Sequence record: NC_054925.1
From: Escherichia phage vB_EcoM_NBG2
Length of the DNA: 64,000 bases
Direction: 5' to 3' (one strand)
A program made the position numbers and the translations under genes. Positions 1 to 10,988 of this stretch are shown piece by piece; within the stretch, counting starts at the first letter, position 1, and each line of letters opens with the position of its first letter. Under the pieces are notes generated by a model that saw only the letters and a program-made list of their open reading frames with translations, had not been told where the DNA came from and did not search any database.

Positions 1-1
1 T

Positions 2-1488
<1,487 letters not shown>

Positions 1489-1489
<1 letters not shown>

Positions 1490-1743
1490 TGGAAGGTTTA
1501 ATTGAAGCTATTAAATCAAACGACCTCGTAGCCGCTCGTAAATTATTTGCTGAAGCCATGGCTGCAAGAACGATTGATTTAATTAAAGAAGAAAAAATTG
1601 CTATCGCTCGTAATTTCTTAATTGAAGGTGAAGAACCTGAAGACGAGGATGAAGATGAAGATGATGACGAAGATAGCGATGATAAAGACGACAAAAAAGA
1701 CAAAGACTCTGATGAAGATGACGAAGACGAGGATGATGAATAA
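1489..1743 (+). CDS. 67: prohead core protein gp67 (acidic Asp/Glu tail)
   Basis: 84 aa, position after gene 20, ATG overlaps gp20 stop (TAATG), poly-acidic C-terminus typical of gp67. Confidence 0.9.
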
Positions 1744-2168
1744 TGCTTCTGATCCCTGAAACTCATGAATTAGTTCTCGAGAATGTCGAAGCACTTATTC
1801 CTGAAGCACAGGGTCGCTTTGACGAATTGTCTTCTGCTTTAAATAAAGACGATATAAATACAATTGTCGAGAATATGCTTGATGATGAAACTGATTTAGC
1901 GGTTGCATTAGCTTCTATTAATGAAAATATGCCGTTAAATGAATTTATCGTTAAACATGTTTCTGCCCGTGGTGAAATTACTCGCACTAAAGATCGCAAA
2001 ACCCGCGAACGTAATGCATTTCAAACTACCGGGTTGTCTAAAGCAAAACGTAGACAAATTGCTCGTAAAGCTACCAAAACGAAGATTGCCAATCCAGCAG
2101 GTCAATCTCGTGCTCAGCGTAAGCGTAAAAAAGCTCTTAAACGCCGTAAAGCATTAGGATTAAGCTAA
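1743..2168 (+). CDS. 68: prohead core protein gp68
   Basis: 141 aa as in T4, basic C-terminus, synteny 67-68-21. Confidence 0.9.
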
Positions 2169-2806
2169 TGAATGAACCCCAATTACTAATTGAAACTTGG
2201 GGTCAACCTGGCGAAATTATTGATGGCGTACCAATGCTTGAATCTCATGATGGAAAAGACTTAGGTTTAAAACCGGGTTTATACATCGAAGGAATATTCA
2301 TGCAAGCGGAAGTCGTCAATAGAAATAAACGTCTTTATCCAAAACGTATATTAGAAAAAGCGGTAAAAGACTATATTAATGAGCAAGTTTTAACTAAACA
2401 AGCTCTCGGAGAATTAAATCATCCTCCACGCGCTAATGTTGACCCGATGCAAGCCGCTATCATTATAGAAGATATGTGGTGGAAAGGAAATGACGTATAC
2501 GGACGAGCTCGTGTTATTGAAGGTGACCACGGTCCTGGAGATAAATTAGCAGCTAATATTCGTGCCGGATGGATTCCAGGAGTTTCTTCTCGTGGATTAG
2601 GTTCATTGACTGACACAAATAAAGGTTATCGTATCGTAAACGAAGGATTCAAATTAACTGTAGGTGTTGATGCAGTATGGGGTCCAAGTGCTCCAGATGC
2701 ATGGGTAACTCCTAAGGAAATTACCGAATCACAGACGGCGGAAGCCGATACAAGTGCCGATGACGCCTATATGGCTCTCGCAGAGGCCATGAAAAAAGCG
2801 TTATAA
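2168..2806 (+). CDS. 21: prohead core scaffold protein and protease gp21
   Basis: 212 aa, synteny and sequence recognised as T4 prohead protease. Confidence 0.95.
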   Translation: MNEPQLLIETWGQPGEIIDGVPMLESHDGKDLGLKPGLYIEGIFMQAEVVNRNKRLYPKRILEKAVKDYINEQVLTKQALGELNHPPRANVDPMQAAIIIEDMWWKGNDVYGRARVIEGDHGPGDKLAANIRAGWIPGVSSRGLGSLTDTNKGYRIVNEGFKLTVGVDAVWGPSAPDAWVTPKEITESQTAEADTSADDAYMALAEAMKKAL

Positions 2807-2809
2807 ATA
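2802..2809 (+). promoter_or_regulatory. T4-type late promoter (TATAAATA) for gene 22
   Basis: Exact TATAAATA 28 nt upstream of the gene 22 ATG, overlapping the gp21 stop. Confidence 0.65.
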
Positions 2810-2836
2810 TTATTATCTAAACAACAGGACTACAAA

Positions 2837-3646
2837 ATGCTTAAAGAACAACTGATTGCCGAAGCGCAGAAAATTGATGCTTCCGTTGCTCTTGATAGTA
2901 TTTTCGAATCAGTTAATATTTCTCCGGAAGCAAAAGAAACTTTCGGCACTGTATTCGAAGCTACCGTCAAGCAGCACGCCGTTAAATTAGCTGAATCTCA
3001 TATCGCTAAAATTGCTGAAAAAGCAGAAGAAGAAGTAGAAAAAAATAAAGAAGAAGCAGAAGAAAAAGCTGAGAAGAAAATCGCTGAGCAAGCTTCTAAA
3101 TTCCTTGACCATCTTGCAAAAGAATGGCTCACTGAAAATAAATTAGCAGTAGATAAAGGTATCAAAGCCGAACTGTTTGAATCCATGCTTGGTGGATTGA
3201 AAGAGCTCTTCGTTGAACACAACGTTGTTGTTCCAGAAGAATCAGTTGATGTTGTAGCTGAAATGGAAGAAGAACTGCAAGAACATAAAGAAGAATCAGC
3301 TCGTCTGTTCGAAGAACTCAATAAGCGTGACGCATATATCAATTATGTGCAGCGTGAAGTGGCATTGAGCGAAAGTACTAAAGATCTGACTGAGTCTCAA
3401 AAAGAAAAAGTCTCTGCTCTGGTCGAAGGTATGGATTATTCAGATGCATTCTCAAGTAAATTGAGTGCAATCGTAGAAATGGTGAAGAAATCTAATAAAG
3501 ATGAAAGCACTATTACTGAGAGTATAAATACTCCTGATACTGAAGCAGCCGGACTGAATTTCGTCACTGAAGCTGTAGAAGATAAAGCTGCACAGGGTGC
3601 AGAAGATATTGTAAGTGTATATGCGAAAGTCGCATCTCGTTTCTAA
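2837..3646 (+). CDS. 22: prohead core scaffold protein gp22
   Basis: 269 aa, Glu/Lys-rich coiled-coil scaffold, synteny. Confidence 0.95.
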   Translation: MLKEQLIAEAQKIDASVALDSIFESVNISPEAKETFGTVFEATVKQHAVKLAESHIAKIAEKAEEEVEKNKEEAEEKAEKKIAEQASKFLDHLAKEWLTENKLAVDKGIKAELFESMLGGLKELFVEHNVVVPEESVDVVAEMEEELQEHKEESARLFEELNKRDAYINYVQREVALSESTKDLTESQKEKVSALVEGMDYSDAFSSKLSAIVEMVKKSNKDESTITESINTPDTEAAGLNFVTEAVEDKAAQGAEDIVSVYAKVASRF

Positions 3647-3664
3647 TTTTAAAGGTTAACACAA

Positions 3665-5230
3665 ATGACTATCAAAACTAAAGCTGAACTTTTGAACAAA
3701 TGGAAGCCATTACTGGAAGGTGAAGGTTTACCGGAAATTGCTAATAGCAAACAAGCGATTATCGCTAAAATCTTTGAAAACCAGGAAAAAGATTTCCAGA
3801 CAGCTCCGGAATATAAAGACGAAAAAATTGCTCAGGCATTCGGTTCTTTCTTAACAGAAGCTGAAATTGGTGGTGACCACGGTTACAATGCTACCAACAT
3901 CGCTGCAGGTCAGACTTCTGGCGCAGTAACCCAGATTGGCCCGGCTGTTATGGGTATGGTACGTCGTGCTATTCCTAACCTGATTGCTTTCGATATTTGT
4001 GGTGTTCAGCCGATGAACAGCCCAACCGGTCAGGTATTCGCACTCCGCGCGGTATATGGTAAAGATCCGATCGCTGCCGGTGCTAAAGAAGCATTCCACC
4101 CAATGTATGGTCCAGATGCAATGTTCTCTGGTCAGGGTGCTGCTAAGAAATTCGCTGCTTTGAAAGCAAGTGATACTCTTGAAGTTGGAACTATTTACAC
4201 CCACTTCTTCCAGGACACTGGTACAGTATATCTGCAAGCTACAGAAGTTAAGCAAATTGATACTAGTGCATCTGACGCAGACAAATTAGATGCTGAAATT
4301 AAGAAACAAATGGAAGCTGGTGTACTGGTAGAAATCGCTGAAGGTATGGCTACTTCTATCGCTGAACTTCAGGAAGGTTTTAACGGTTCTACCGATAACC
4401 CATGGAATGAAATGGGCTTCCGTATCGATAAGCAAGTTATCGAAGCTAAATCTCGTCAGCTGAAAGCTGCTTACTCTATTGAATTAGCACAAGACCTTCG
4501 CGCTGTTCACGGTATGGATGCTGATGCTGAACTGTCTGGTATTCTGGCTACCGAAATTATGCTGGAAATCAACCGCGAAGTTGTTGATTGGATTAACTAC
4601 TCCGCTCAGGTTGGTAAATCTGGTATGACCCTGACTCCTGGTTCTAAAGCTGGTGTATTTGACTTCCAGGACCCAATCGATATTCGTGGTGCTCGCTGGG
4701 CAGGTGAATCCTTTAAAGCTCTGTTGTTCCAGATTGACAAAGAAGCAGTTGAAATTGCTCGTCAGACCGGTCGTGGTGAAGGTAACTTCATTATCGCTTC
4801 CCGTAACGTAGTTAACGTTCTGGCTTCAGTTGATACCGGCATTTCTTATGCTGCACAAGGTCTGGCTACCGGCTTTAACACTGATACTACCAAGTCAGTA
4901 TTTGCTGGTGTTCTGGGTGGTAAATACCGTGTATATATCGACCAGTATGCTAAACAGGATTATTTCACTGTAGGTTATAAAGGTCCGAACGAAATGGATG
5001 CTGGTATTTACTATGCTCCATATGTAGCTCTGACTCCGCTGCGTGGTTCCGATCCGAAGAACTTCCAACCAGTAATGGGATTCAAAACTCGTTACGGTAT
5101 CGGTATCAACCCATTTGCAGAATCCGCTGCTCAGGCTCCGGCTTCTCGCATCCAGAGCGGTATGCCTTCTATTCTGAATAGCCTTGGTAAAAACGCTTAC
5201 TTCCGCCGTGTATATGTTAAAGGTATCTAA
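3665..5230 (+). CDS. 23: major capsid protein gp23
   Basis: 521 aa; sequence recognised as T4 gp23 (MTIKTKAELLNKWKPLLEGEGLPEIANSKQ...). Confidence 0.98.
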   Translation: MTIKTKAELLNKWKPLLEGEGLPEIANSKQAIIAKIFENQEKDFQTAPEYKDEKIAQAFGSFLTEAEIGGDHGYNATNIAAGQTSGAVTQIGPAVMGMVRRAIPNLIAFDICGVQPMNSPTGQVFALRAVYGKDPIAAGAKEAFHPMYGPDAMFSGQGAAKKFAALKASDTLEVGTIYTHFFQDTGTVYLQATEVKQIDTSASDADKLDAEIKKQMEAGVLVEIAEGMATSIAELQEGFNGSTDNPWNEMGFRIDKQVIEAKSRQLKAAYSIELAQDLRAVHGMDADAELSGILATEIMLEINREVVDWINYSAQVGKSGMTLTPGSKAGVFDFQDPIDIRGARWAGESFKALLFQIDKEAVEIARQTGRGEGNFIIASRNVVNVLASVDTGISYAAQGLATGFNTDTTKSVFAGVLGGKYRVYIDQYAKQDYFTVGYKGPNEMDAGIYYAPYVALTPLRGSDPKNFQPVMGFKTRYGIGINPFAESAAQAPASRIQSGMPSILNSLGKNAYFRRVYVKGI

Positions 5231-5245
5231 TCTTTGACGATTTAA

Positions 5246-5275
5246 GGGACCTTCGGGTCCCTTTAGTTGTTTTTA
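5246..5275 (+). terminator. rho-independent terminator after gene 23
   Basis: GGGACC-UUCG-GGUCCC hairpin (UUCG tetraloop) followed by a T-rich run. Confidence 0.8.
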
Positions 5276-5278
5276 TGG

Positions 5279-5286
5279 TATAAATA
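5279..5286 (+). promoter_or_regulatory. T4-type late promoter (TATAAATA) for gene 24
   Basis: Exact TATAAATA 28 nt upstream of the gene 24 ATG. Confidence 0.7.
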
Positions 5287-5313
5287 AATCATATAAACTG
5301 AAAGGAAAGCGCA

Positions 5314-6597
5314 ATGGCTAAAATCAACGAACTTCTGCGCGAATCAACCACAACGAATAGCAACTCAATCGGTCGCCCAAATCTCGTTGCTTTGACTCGC
5401 GCTACCACTAAATTAATATATTCTGACATTGTAGCAACGCAAAGAACTAATCAACCTGTTGCTGCTTTTTATGGTATCAAATACCTTAACCCAGATAACG
5501 AATTTACATTTAAAACTGGTGCTACTTATGCTGGCGAAGCTGGATATGTAGACCGAGAACAAATCACAGAATTAACAGAAGAGTCTAAATTAACTCTCAA
5601 TAAAGGCGATTTATTCAAATATAATAATATCGTTTATAAAGTATTAGAAGATACACCATTTGCTGATATTGAAGAAAGTGATTTAGAATTAGCTCTTCAG
5701 ATTGCAATTGTTCTTTTAAAGGTTCGTCTATTTTCTGATGCTGCAGTAACAAGCAAATTTGAAAGCTCTGATAGTGAAATTGCGGATGCTAGATTCCAGA
5801 TTAATAAATGGCAAACCGCAGTTAAATCTCGTAAACTTAAAACTGGCATTACAGTTGAATTAGCACAAGATTTAGAAGCAAATGGATTCGATGCTCCTAA
5901 TTTCTTGGAAGATTTGCTTGCAACCGAAATGGCAGATGAAATCAATAAAGATATTCTGCAGTCTTTGATTACAGTGTCAAAACGTTATAAAGTTACAGGA
6001 ATTACTGATACTGGATTCATTGATTTGAGTTATGCATCTGCACCTGAAGCGGGTCGTTCATTATATCGAATGGTATGTGAAATGGTTTCACATATCCAAA
6101 AAGAATCAACTTATACAGCAACGTTCTGTGTTGCTTCAGCTCGTGCTGCTGCGATTCTTGCTGCATCAGGTTGGTTAAAACATAAACCAGAAGATGATAA
6201 ATATCTTTCACAAAATGCCTACGGGTTCTTAGCTAATGGTTTACCGCTTTATTGCGATACTAACAGCCCATTAGATTATGTAATCGTTGGTGTAGTAGAA
6301 AATATCGGTGAAAAAGAAATTGTTGGATCAATTTTCTATGCTCCATATACAGAAGGTCTCGACTTAGATGACCCTGAACATGTAGGTGCATTTAAAGTTG
6401 TTGTTGACCCAGAAAGTTTGCAGCCATCTATCGGTTTATTAGTTAGATATGCTTTATCAGCAAATCCTTACACTGTAGCAAAAGATGAAAAAGAAGCAAG
6501 AGTAATTGATGGTGGAGATATGGATAAAATGGCGGGTCGTTCAGATTTGTCTGTTTTATTAGGTGTTAAGCTACCAAAAATTATCATTGATGAATAA
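5314..6597 (+). CDS. 24: capsid vertex protein gp24
   Basis: 427 aa, paralog of gp23, synteny; no segD-like ORF between 23 and 24. Confidence 0.95.
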   Translation: MAKINELLRESTTTNSNSIGRPNLVALTRATTKLIYSDIVATQRTNQPVAAFYGIKYLNPDNEFTFKTGATYAGEAGYVDREQITELTEESKLTLNKGDLFKYNNIVYKVLEDTPFADIEESDLELALQIAIVLLKVRLFSDAAVTSKFESSDSEIADARFQINKWQTAVKSRKLKTGITVELAQDLEANGFDAPNFLEDLLATEMADEINKDILQSLITVSKRYKVTGITDTGFIDLSYASAPEAGRSLYRMVCEMVSHIQKESTYTATFCVASARAAAILAASGWLKHKPEDDKYLSQNAYGFLANGLPLYCDTNSPLDYVIVGVVENIGEKEIVGSIFYAPYTEGLDLDDPEHVGAFKVVVDPESLQPSIGLLVRYALSANPYTVAKDEKEARVIDGGDMDKMAGRSDLSVLLGVKLPKIIIDE

Positions 6598-6603
6598 AAC
6601 AAA

Positions 6604-6625
6604 GGGACCGAAAGGTCCCTTTTTA
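6604..6625. terminator. bidirectional terminator between gene 24 (+) and rnlB (-)
   Basis: GGGACC-GAAA-GGUCCC hairpin flanked by T-tracts on both strands, between convergent genes. Confidence 0.8.
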
Positions 6626-6626
6626 T

Positions 6627-7631
6627 TTAACTTACCAATTCAATCCAAGCCGGACGAAGTACATCTTGTACCATTTTAACTAATTCCTTTTTAATCAAAG
6701 AAGGATTATCCGCTTGAGTTAGAGTAATACCTTCACGAGAAGTTTCTTCCAAAATATCTTGAACAGTTAGTCCCATCACCTTTCCAAAATCTTTTGGACC
6801 AATTTCGCCAATTTTAGAAATAACGTTATTTACTCGGTTTAGTGTAACGTAACAAGCTAAAATCCCCACCAATTTGTTATCAGCTTCTGACAGTTCAACT
6901 TTAGCTTTAATAGGCTTATCAGACTTTTTCTTTTCACTAAATTTAGAGTTCTTGCATTTGATAGCTACGCGATTGCCATTAGGCATCCAAGAAGGATAAC
7001 AAGGTTTCAATACATATCCTTCAGCGGTAAATACTTCGCCTTTTACTTCAGCATTCCAAACGCATTTATTTGCATCAACTAATCCAGCATGGTCTACCGT
7101 AAAATTATAATCCTGGACGACAGAATCTAAATCATTTGGCAATTTAATAAGTTCTTCAAATTTACCGCGACCTAAAAGTGGAGCCATTTTAAATTTAAAT
7201 GTATTACAAAATGATTCCATCATATAATCATCGACATAAGTCACATCACCACTTTCTGTAGTGACAATAATGTCAAATACATAAAAATCTTTATCGCCAT
7301 AATCGACATTCTTCTGAATGCCAGGTCCAGCGAATTCGCCAAAAACTTGATAAGATACAACCGCTGAAGTTTCCATAATATCTTGTACTGCTTTAATGGA
7401 ATCAGAGTAATTCTTCAAAATAATTTCATACCCAAAGAAATCTTCAGCAGGAAGAATAGGACCAGTGCGTTTAGCGCAAGTTACTTTATCACGCTCAATA
7501 ATCAATGAGAAATTTGTGCCGTGAATCTTTTCACGAGCTACCCACTTCCCACCAGTCAATCCCAAGCTATAAAGTTTTTCAATAAATTTAGAATTGTAAT
7601 GATTTTCAAGACTGCTATACTTTTTAAACAT
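6627..7631 (-). CDS. rnlB: RNA ligase 2 (Rnl2)
   Basis: 334 aa; sequence recognised as T4 Rnl2 ([20 protein letters not shown]..., KIHGTN nucleotidyltransferase motif). Confidence 0.95.
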   Translation of the reverse strand: MFKKYSSLENHYNSKFIEKLYSLGLTGGKWVAREKIHGTNFSLIIERDKVTCAKRTGPILPAEDFFGYEIILKNYSDSIKAVQDIMETSAVVSYQVFGEFAGPGIQKNVDYGDKDFYVFDIIVTTESGDVTYVDDYMMESFCNTFKFKMAPLLGRGKFEELIKLPNDLDSVVQDYNFTVDHAGLVDANKCVWNAEVKGEVFTAEGYVLKPCYPSWMPNGNRVAIKCKNSKFSEKKKSDKPIKAKVELSEADNKLVGILACYVTLNRVNNVISKIGEIGPKDFGKVMGLTVQDILEETSREGITLTQADNPSLIKKELVKMVQDVLRPAWIELVS

Positions 7632-7640
7632 AATTAATCC

Positions 7641-7919
7641 TCAAAATGTAATTTCTAACCAATCACCATCACGCTGATCACTATTGACTTTAAAGCTGAA
7701 TCCTTCTTTTCTCAGCCAATCACCAATTTCTTCAGTAATCAATTTATCACGAGCAGTACAATAATAACTAAAATGTGTTTTACCTTGTTCAGCTGCTTTA
7801 TTAGCAAGTTCCGAAAAATCTTTAATAAAACACTCTAGCTTAAACTGTTTACTTTTGAATGCTTTTTCGCGTAATTGATTAGCAAAAGATTCATTTTCAT
7901 AAAGATCATACTGTTCCAT
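7641..7919 (-). CDS. hypothetical protein (24.2-like by position)
   Basis: 92-aa ORF, tight packing in minus operon. Confidence 0.6.
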   Translation of the reverse strand: MEQYDLYENESFANQLREKAFKSKQFKLECFIKDFSELANKAAEQGKTHFSYYCTARDKLITEEIGDWLRKEGFSFKVNSDQRDGDWLEITF

Positions 7920-8121
7920 TTTTCACCTTTTTATTGATATGTCTTTTTCTATAGACAACTTTTTCTCGAGTTTCAAATTTATTCTTAGCAGTCATAGCTC
8001 GAGCCCATAATACAGCCACCTCTTTTGCCTGTAAGTTCAATTCACGAGCAATTTCAATGAATGACTTTCCAGACTCATGGAGAGTAAACACCACAACCTC
8101 AGTTCTCATAATCAATCTCAT
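7906..8121 (-). CDS. hypothetical protein (24.3-like by position)
   Basis: 71-aa ORF overlapping downstream ORF by 14 nt. Confidence 0.55.
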   Translation of the reverse strand: MRLIMRTEVVVFTLHESGKSFIEIARELNLQAKEVAVLWARAMTAKNKFETREKVVYRKRHINKKVKNGTV

Positions 8122-8187
8122 GTTATCGAGTTGGTGCCATTATATACATCATTTTCTGATTGTGTTTTGCGTGCTTTCAAAATGAAG

Positions 8188-8206
8188 AAAGGGGCCGAAG
8201 CCCCTT
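8188..8206 (-). terminator. terminator-like hairpin downstream of hoc
   Basis: GGGGC-UUCG-GCCCC on the minus transcript followed by a U-rich run (UUUCUUCAUUUU). Confidence 0.6.
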
Positions 8207-8210
8207 ATGA

Positions 8211-9629
8211 TTATGGATAGGTATAGATGATACCAGTTTCTAAAGCAGTTTTATGAATGATGTATCCATTACGCGATTCTTGGACATCAACTTCTGGATA
8301 GTCTTTAATCATCTTCTGAAGAGTGTAACGATGCAGGTAGTATTTACTATCTGGGTCGTCAGTTTTCCAATCTTTACCTTCTTCGGTCATTTTTTGGATT
8401 TCATCCATAACCCACCAACCGCACCAGATATAAGCTGAAGTACGATGTGGAAGAGGATGAACATAAGGTAGTTCACCTTCTGGTTCCGGAGCAACTTTAT
8501 CAGTCACTTGAACTTGACCTGTGGCTTTAACTGTTTTACTATCATAGTCAGTTGCTGTAACGACAGCAGTAACTTCAATAGTTTGACTTCCAATAGATGA
8601 GGTATCAACAGTATATACGTTAGTTGACCCTTCCACAGGAGAAGAATCTTTCTTCCATGAGTAAGTAATTTGTGCTGCTTCAGGTGCGCCATTAACATTA
8701 GCAGTAAATGTAGCCGAAGCATCTTGCTGAACATTAATAGAAGGAGGAGTCAATGTAACCTGTGGATTCATTGTCTTCTTATTAACTGTCAATGATACTT
8801 CATTGGAAGTAACTTCCTTTTCATTATAATTTTCTGCAGTTACTTGGGCTACGCATTTAATTCTTTTTACTCCACTTGTAGTTGGAGTATAGTTAAATGT
8901 AGAGTTAGTTTCTCCACCAACTTGTGAATCATCTACATACCACTGATACGTAGCAGACGCTCCGTCAGGTTGAGAAGCTAATGCAGCAGTAAATTGAACC
9001 GGGGTTCCAATTACTCCAGCAGCAGGACTAGCAGGAGTTACTGCCAAGGTAGTTGTCTGTGTCTTTTTATTAACTGTCAATGATACTTCATTGGAAGTAA
9101 CGCTCAGTGCATCATAATCTGTCGCAGTTACTTGAGCTACACACTTAATTTTTTTAACTCCGCTTGTAGTAGGAGTATAATTGAATGTAGCAGAAGTTGC
9201 TTCGCTCACAGGAGAACCGTCAACGTACCATTGATACGTAGCAGATGCGCCCGATGGCTGTGAAGCTAAGGCAGCAGTAAATTCAACGGCTGTTCCGATT
9301 ACTCCTTCTGGAGGACTATTAGGAGTTACAGCTAAAGTAGTTGTCTGTGTTTTATTTTGAACTGTAATAGTTGTACTAATTTCAGCTGTTTCAGCTTCAG
9401 AATCAGGAATAGTATTTGTTGCAACTACCTTAATAGTCTTTTGACCAGCAGGTCCTTTTAATACATAATTAAAAGTTGCTTCAGCTCCATCTTGTGGAAC
9501 ATCATCTACAGTCCAAGCATATGTAATAGGTCCATCTCCAGTTTGACCACTGGGTGTAGCAGTAAACTGCTTAGTTTCATCAATAACCCCTGTCGGTGTT
9601 TTAGGAGTTATATCAACTGTAAAAGCCAT
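8211..9629 (-). CDS. hoc: head outer capsid protein Hoc, 472 aa, with an extra Ig-like domain
   Basis: Ig-like repeats plus C-terminal capsid-binding region; T4 Hoc recalled as 376 aa; contains an internal near-identical 96-aa duplication. Confidence 0.85.
   Translation of the reverse strand: MAFTVDITPKTPTGVIDETKQFTATPSGQTGDGPITYAWTVDDVPQDGAEATFNYVLKGPAGQKTIKVVATNTIPDSEAETAEISTTITVQNKTQTTTLAVTPNSPPEGVIGTAVEFTAALASQPSGASATYQWYVDGSPVSEATSATFNYTPTTSGVKKIKCVAQVTATDYDALSVTSNEVSLTVNKKTQTTTLAVTPASPAAGVIGTPVQFTAALASQPDGASATYQWYVDDSQVGGETNSTFNYTPTTSGVKRIKCVAQVTAENYNEKEVTSNEVSLTVNKKTMNPQVTLTPPSINVQQDASATFTANVNGAPEAAQITYSWKKDSSPVEGSTNVYTVDTSSIGSQTIEVTAVVTATDYDSKTVKATGQVQVTDKVAPEPEGELPYVHPLPHRTSAYIWCGWWVMDEIQKMTEEGKDWKTDDPDSKYYLHRYTLQKMIKDYPEVDVQESRNGYIIHKTALETGIIYTYP
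8778..9353 (-). repeat. tandem direct duplication (2 x 288 bp) inside hoc encoding two near-identical Ig-like domains
   Basis: Same 35-mer ttattaactgtcaatgatacttcattggaagtaac at about 8780 and 9068; protein residues about 93-188 and 189-284 nearly identical (unit boundaries approximate). Confidence 0.85.
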
Positions 9630-9638
9630 AAGTTATCC

Positions 9639-10319
9639 TTATTTTAATGTTACGAAAGAAGAATTGCGTGTTTCACGAATTAAAACCGATCCATCGCGAT
9701 TAATGTAATAAATTAAGCTAAATAAAGTTTGGTGTGCTGACGCATGCTCAAAACTTGTTGGGTGAGATTTCCAATCTGGAGTTTCAGCAATCCATTGATA
9801 AATCCACCAAGGAACAGTGCAGAATCCTGGATTTTTTCCAATCAGCTGAAGATTTGGGCTAAAGTTTTCTGGAAGAGTAAATACAGACGGCTTTTCAGAT
9901 TCAATAATCTCAGCTACAGCCTGTTCGAATTTTTCTTCAACAAAAGGAGTATCTTCAATTAAAACAGTGGTATTTTCAGGAATTTTATCCGTTTCTACTA
10001 CTTCAATTTTAATGTCAGATTTAACCGGAGAATCAATCAGAAGTGCTGCCTCTGGATTGACTTCTTCATCGTCATATTTTAATCCGTCTGCGGCATCAGC
10101 AGCATCAATTAAGTCTTTAATAGATAACCCATCAGTCTCTGGCATAGGTTCACTAGCGAGCTTCTGGAGAGCTTCTTCAATATCATTAACGATATTATCA
10201 AAAGATTTATTCTTTTTGACCTTTATACCAAACTGTTCAGCATATTCAGCTAATTTAGCTTTAGCTTCTTTATTATCATCAAGAGCCTTCAGCTCTGCAA
10301 TATAATCTTTATCTATCAT
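9639..10319 (-). CDS. inh: Inh, inhibitor of prohead protease
   Basis: 226 aa, synteny downstream of hoc, acidic head-associated protein. Confidence 0.8.
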   Translation of the reverse strand: MIDKDYIAELKALDDNKEAKAKLAEYAEQFGIKVKKNKSFDNIVNDIEEALQKLASEPMPETDGLSIKDLIDAADAADGLKYDDEEVNPEAALLIDSPVKSDIKIEVVETDKIPENTTVLIEDTPFVEEKFEQAVAEIIESEKPSVFTLPENFSPNLQLIGKNPGFCTVPWWIYQWIAETPDWKSHPTSFEHASAHQTLFSLIYYINRDGSVLIRETRNSSFVTLK

Positions 10320-10332
10320 AATATTTCCTCAG

Positions 10333-10340
10333 TATAAATA
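10333..10340 (+). promoter_or_regulatory. candidate late promoter (TATAAATA) upstream of segE
   Basis: Exact TATAAATA 29 nt upstream of the segE ATG in the divergent inh/segE gap. Confidence 0.5.
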
Positions 10341-10368
10341 TAGATATATTTATTACTCGGAAAATAGT

Positions 10369-10986
10369 ATGTACCACTTTGTATATGAAACAACAAATCT
10401 AATAAATGGTAAAAAGTATATAGGAAAGCACTCTACTGATGACTTGAATGATGGTTACCTTGGTTCCGGTAAGGCAATTCAGCAGGCTATAAAGAAATAT
10501 GGTGAAAACAATTTCTCTAGAACAATACTAAAAGAGTTTAAAACTTCCGAAGAAGCGTACATGTATGAAGAAGAAATTATAACTCCTGAACTAATAAAAA
10601 GCAAAAATTATTATAATATGAAACCTGGTGGAATTGGTGGAATTGTTATGACTACAGATGTTATAGCAAAGATGAAAGAATCTTCCGCTAAAAGATTTGA
10701 AAACTCACCGGGCACGGTATTAGGTAAAACTTGTTATACTAATGGAACTAAAAATATTTTTATTAAACCTGGAGAACTTGTTCCAGAAGGATTTGTAAAA
10801 GGGATGGTTCATCCTAATAGAAAGTCCAGAAAAGGATGTAAAGTCAAACCGACTACCACAGGAACTTTTTGGGTCAATAATGGCACAATAAATAAATTAA
10901 TACAACCAGACGGTATTATTCCCGACGGATTTATTAAAGGTCGTCTCATGAAAAGAGATTCTAAAGGCAAATTTAGTAAGGCATAA
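10369..10986 (+). CDS. segE: GIY-YIG homing endonuclease (SegE-like)
   Basis: N-terminal GIY-YIG module (VYETTNLINGKKYIGKHS), 205 aa, location immediately upstream of uvsW as for T4 segE. Confidence 0.8.
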   Translation: MYHFVYETTNLINGKKYIGKHSTDDLNDGYLGSGKAIQQAIKKYGENNFSRTILKEFKTSEEAYMYEEEIITPELIKSKNYYNMKPGGIGGIVMTTDVIAKMKESSAKRFENSPGTVLGKTCYTNGTKNIFIKPGELVPEGFVKGMVHPNRKSRKGCKVKPTTTGTFWVNNGTINKLIQPDGIIPDGFIKGRLMKRDSKGKFSKA

Positions 10987-10988
10987 TT

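Noticed and set aside
8173-8180. MotA-box-like TGCTTTCA on the plus strand upstream of the hoc terminator
   Set aside because: No plus-strand gene follows; likely chance.
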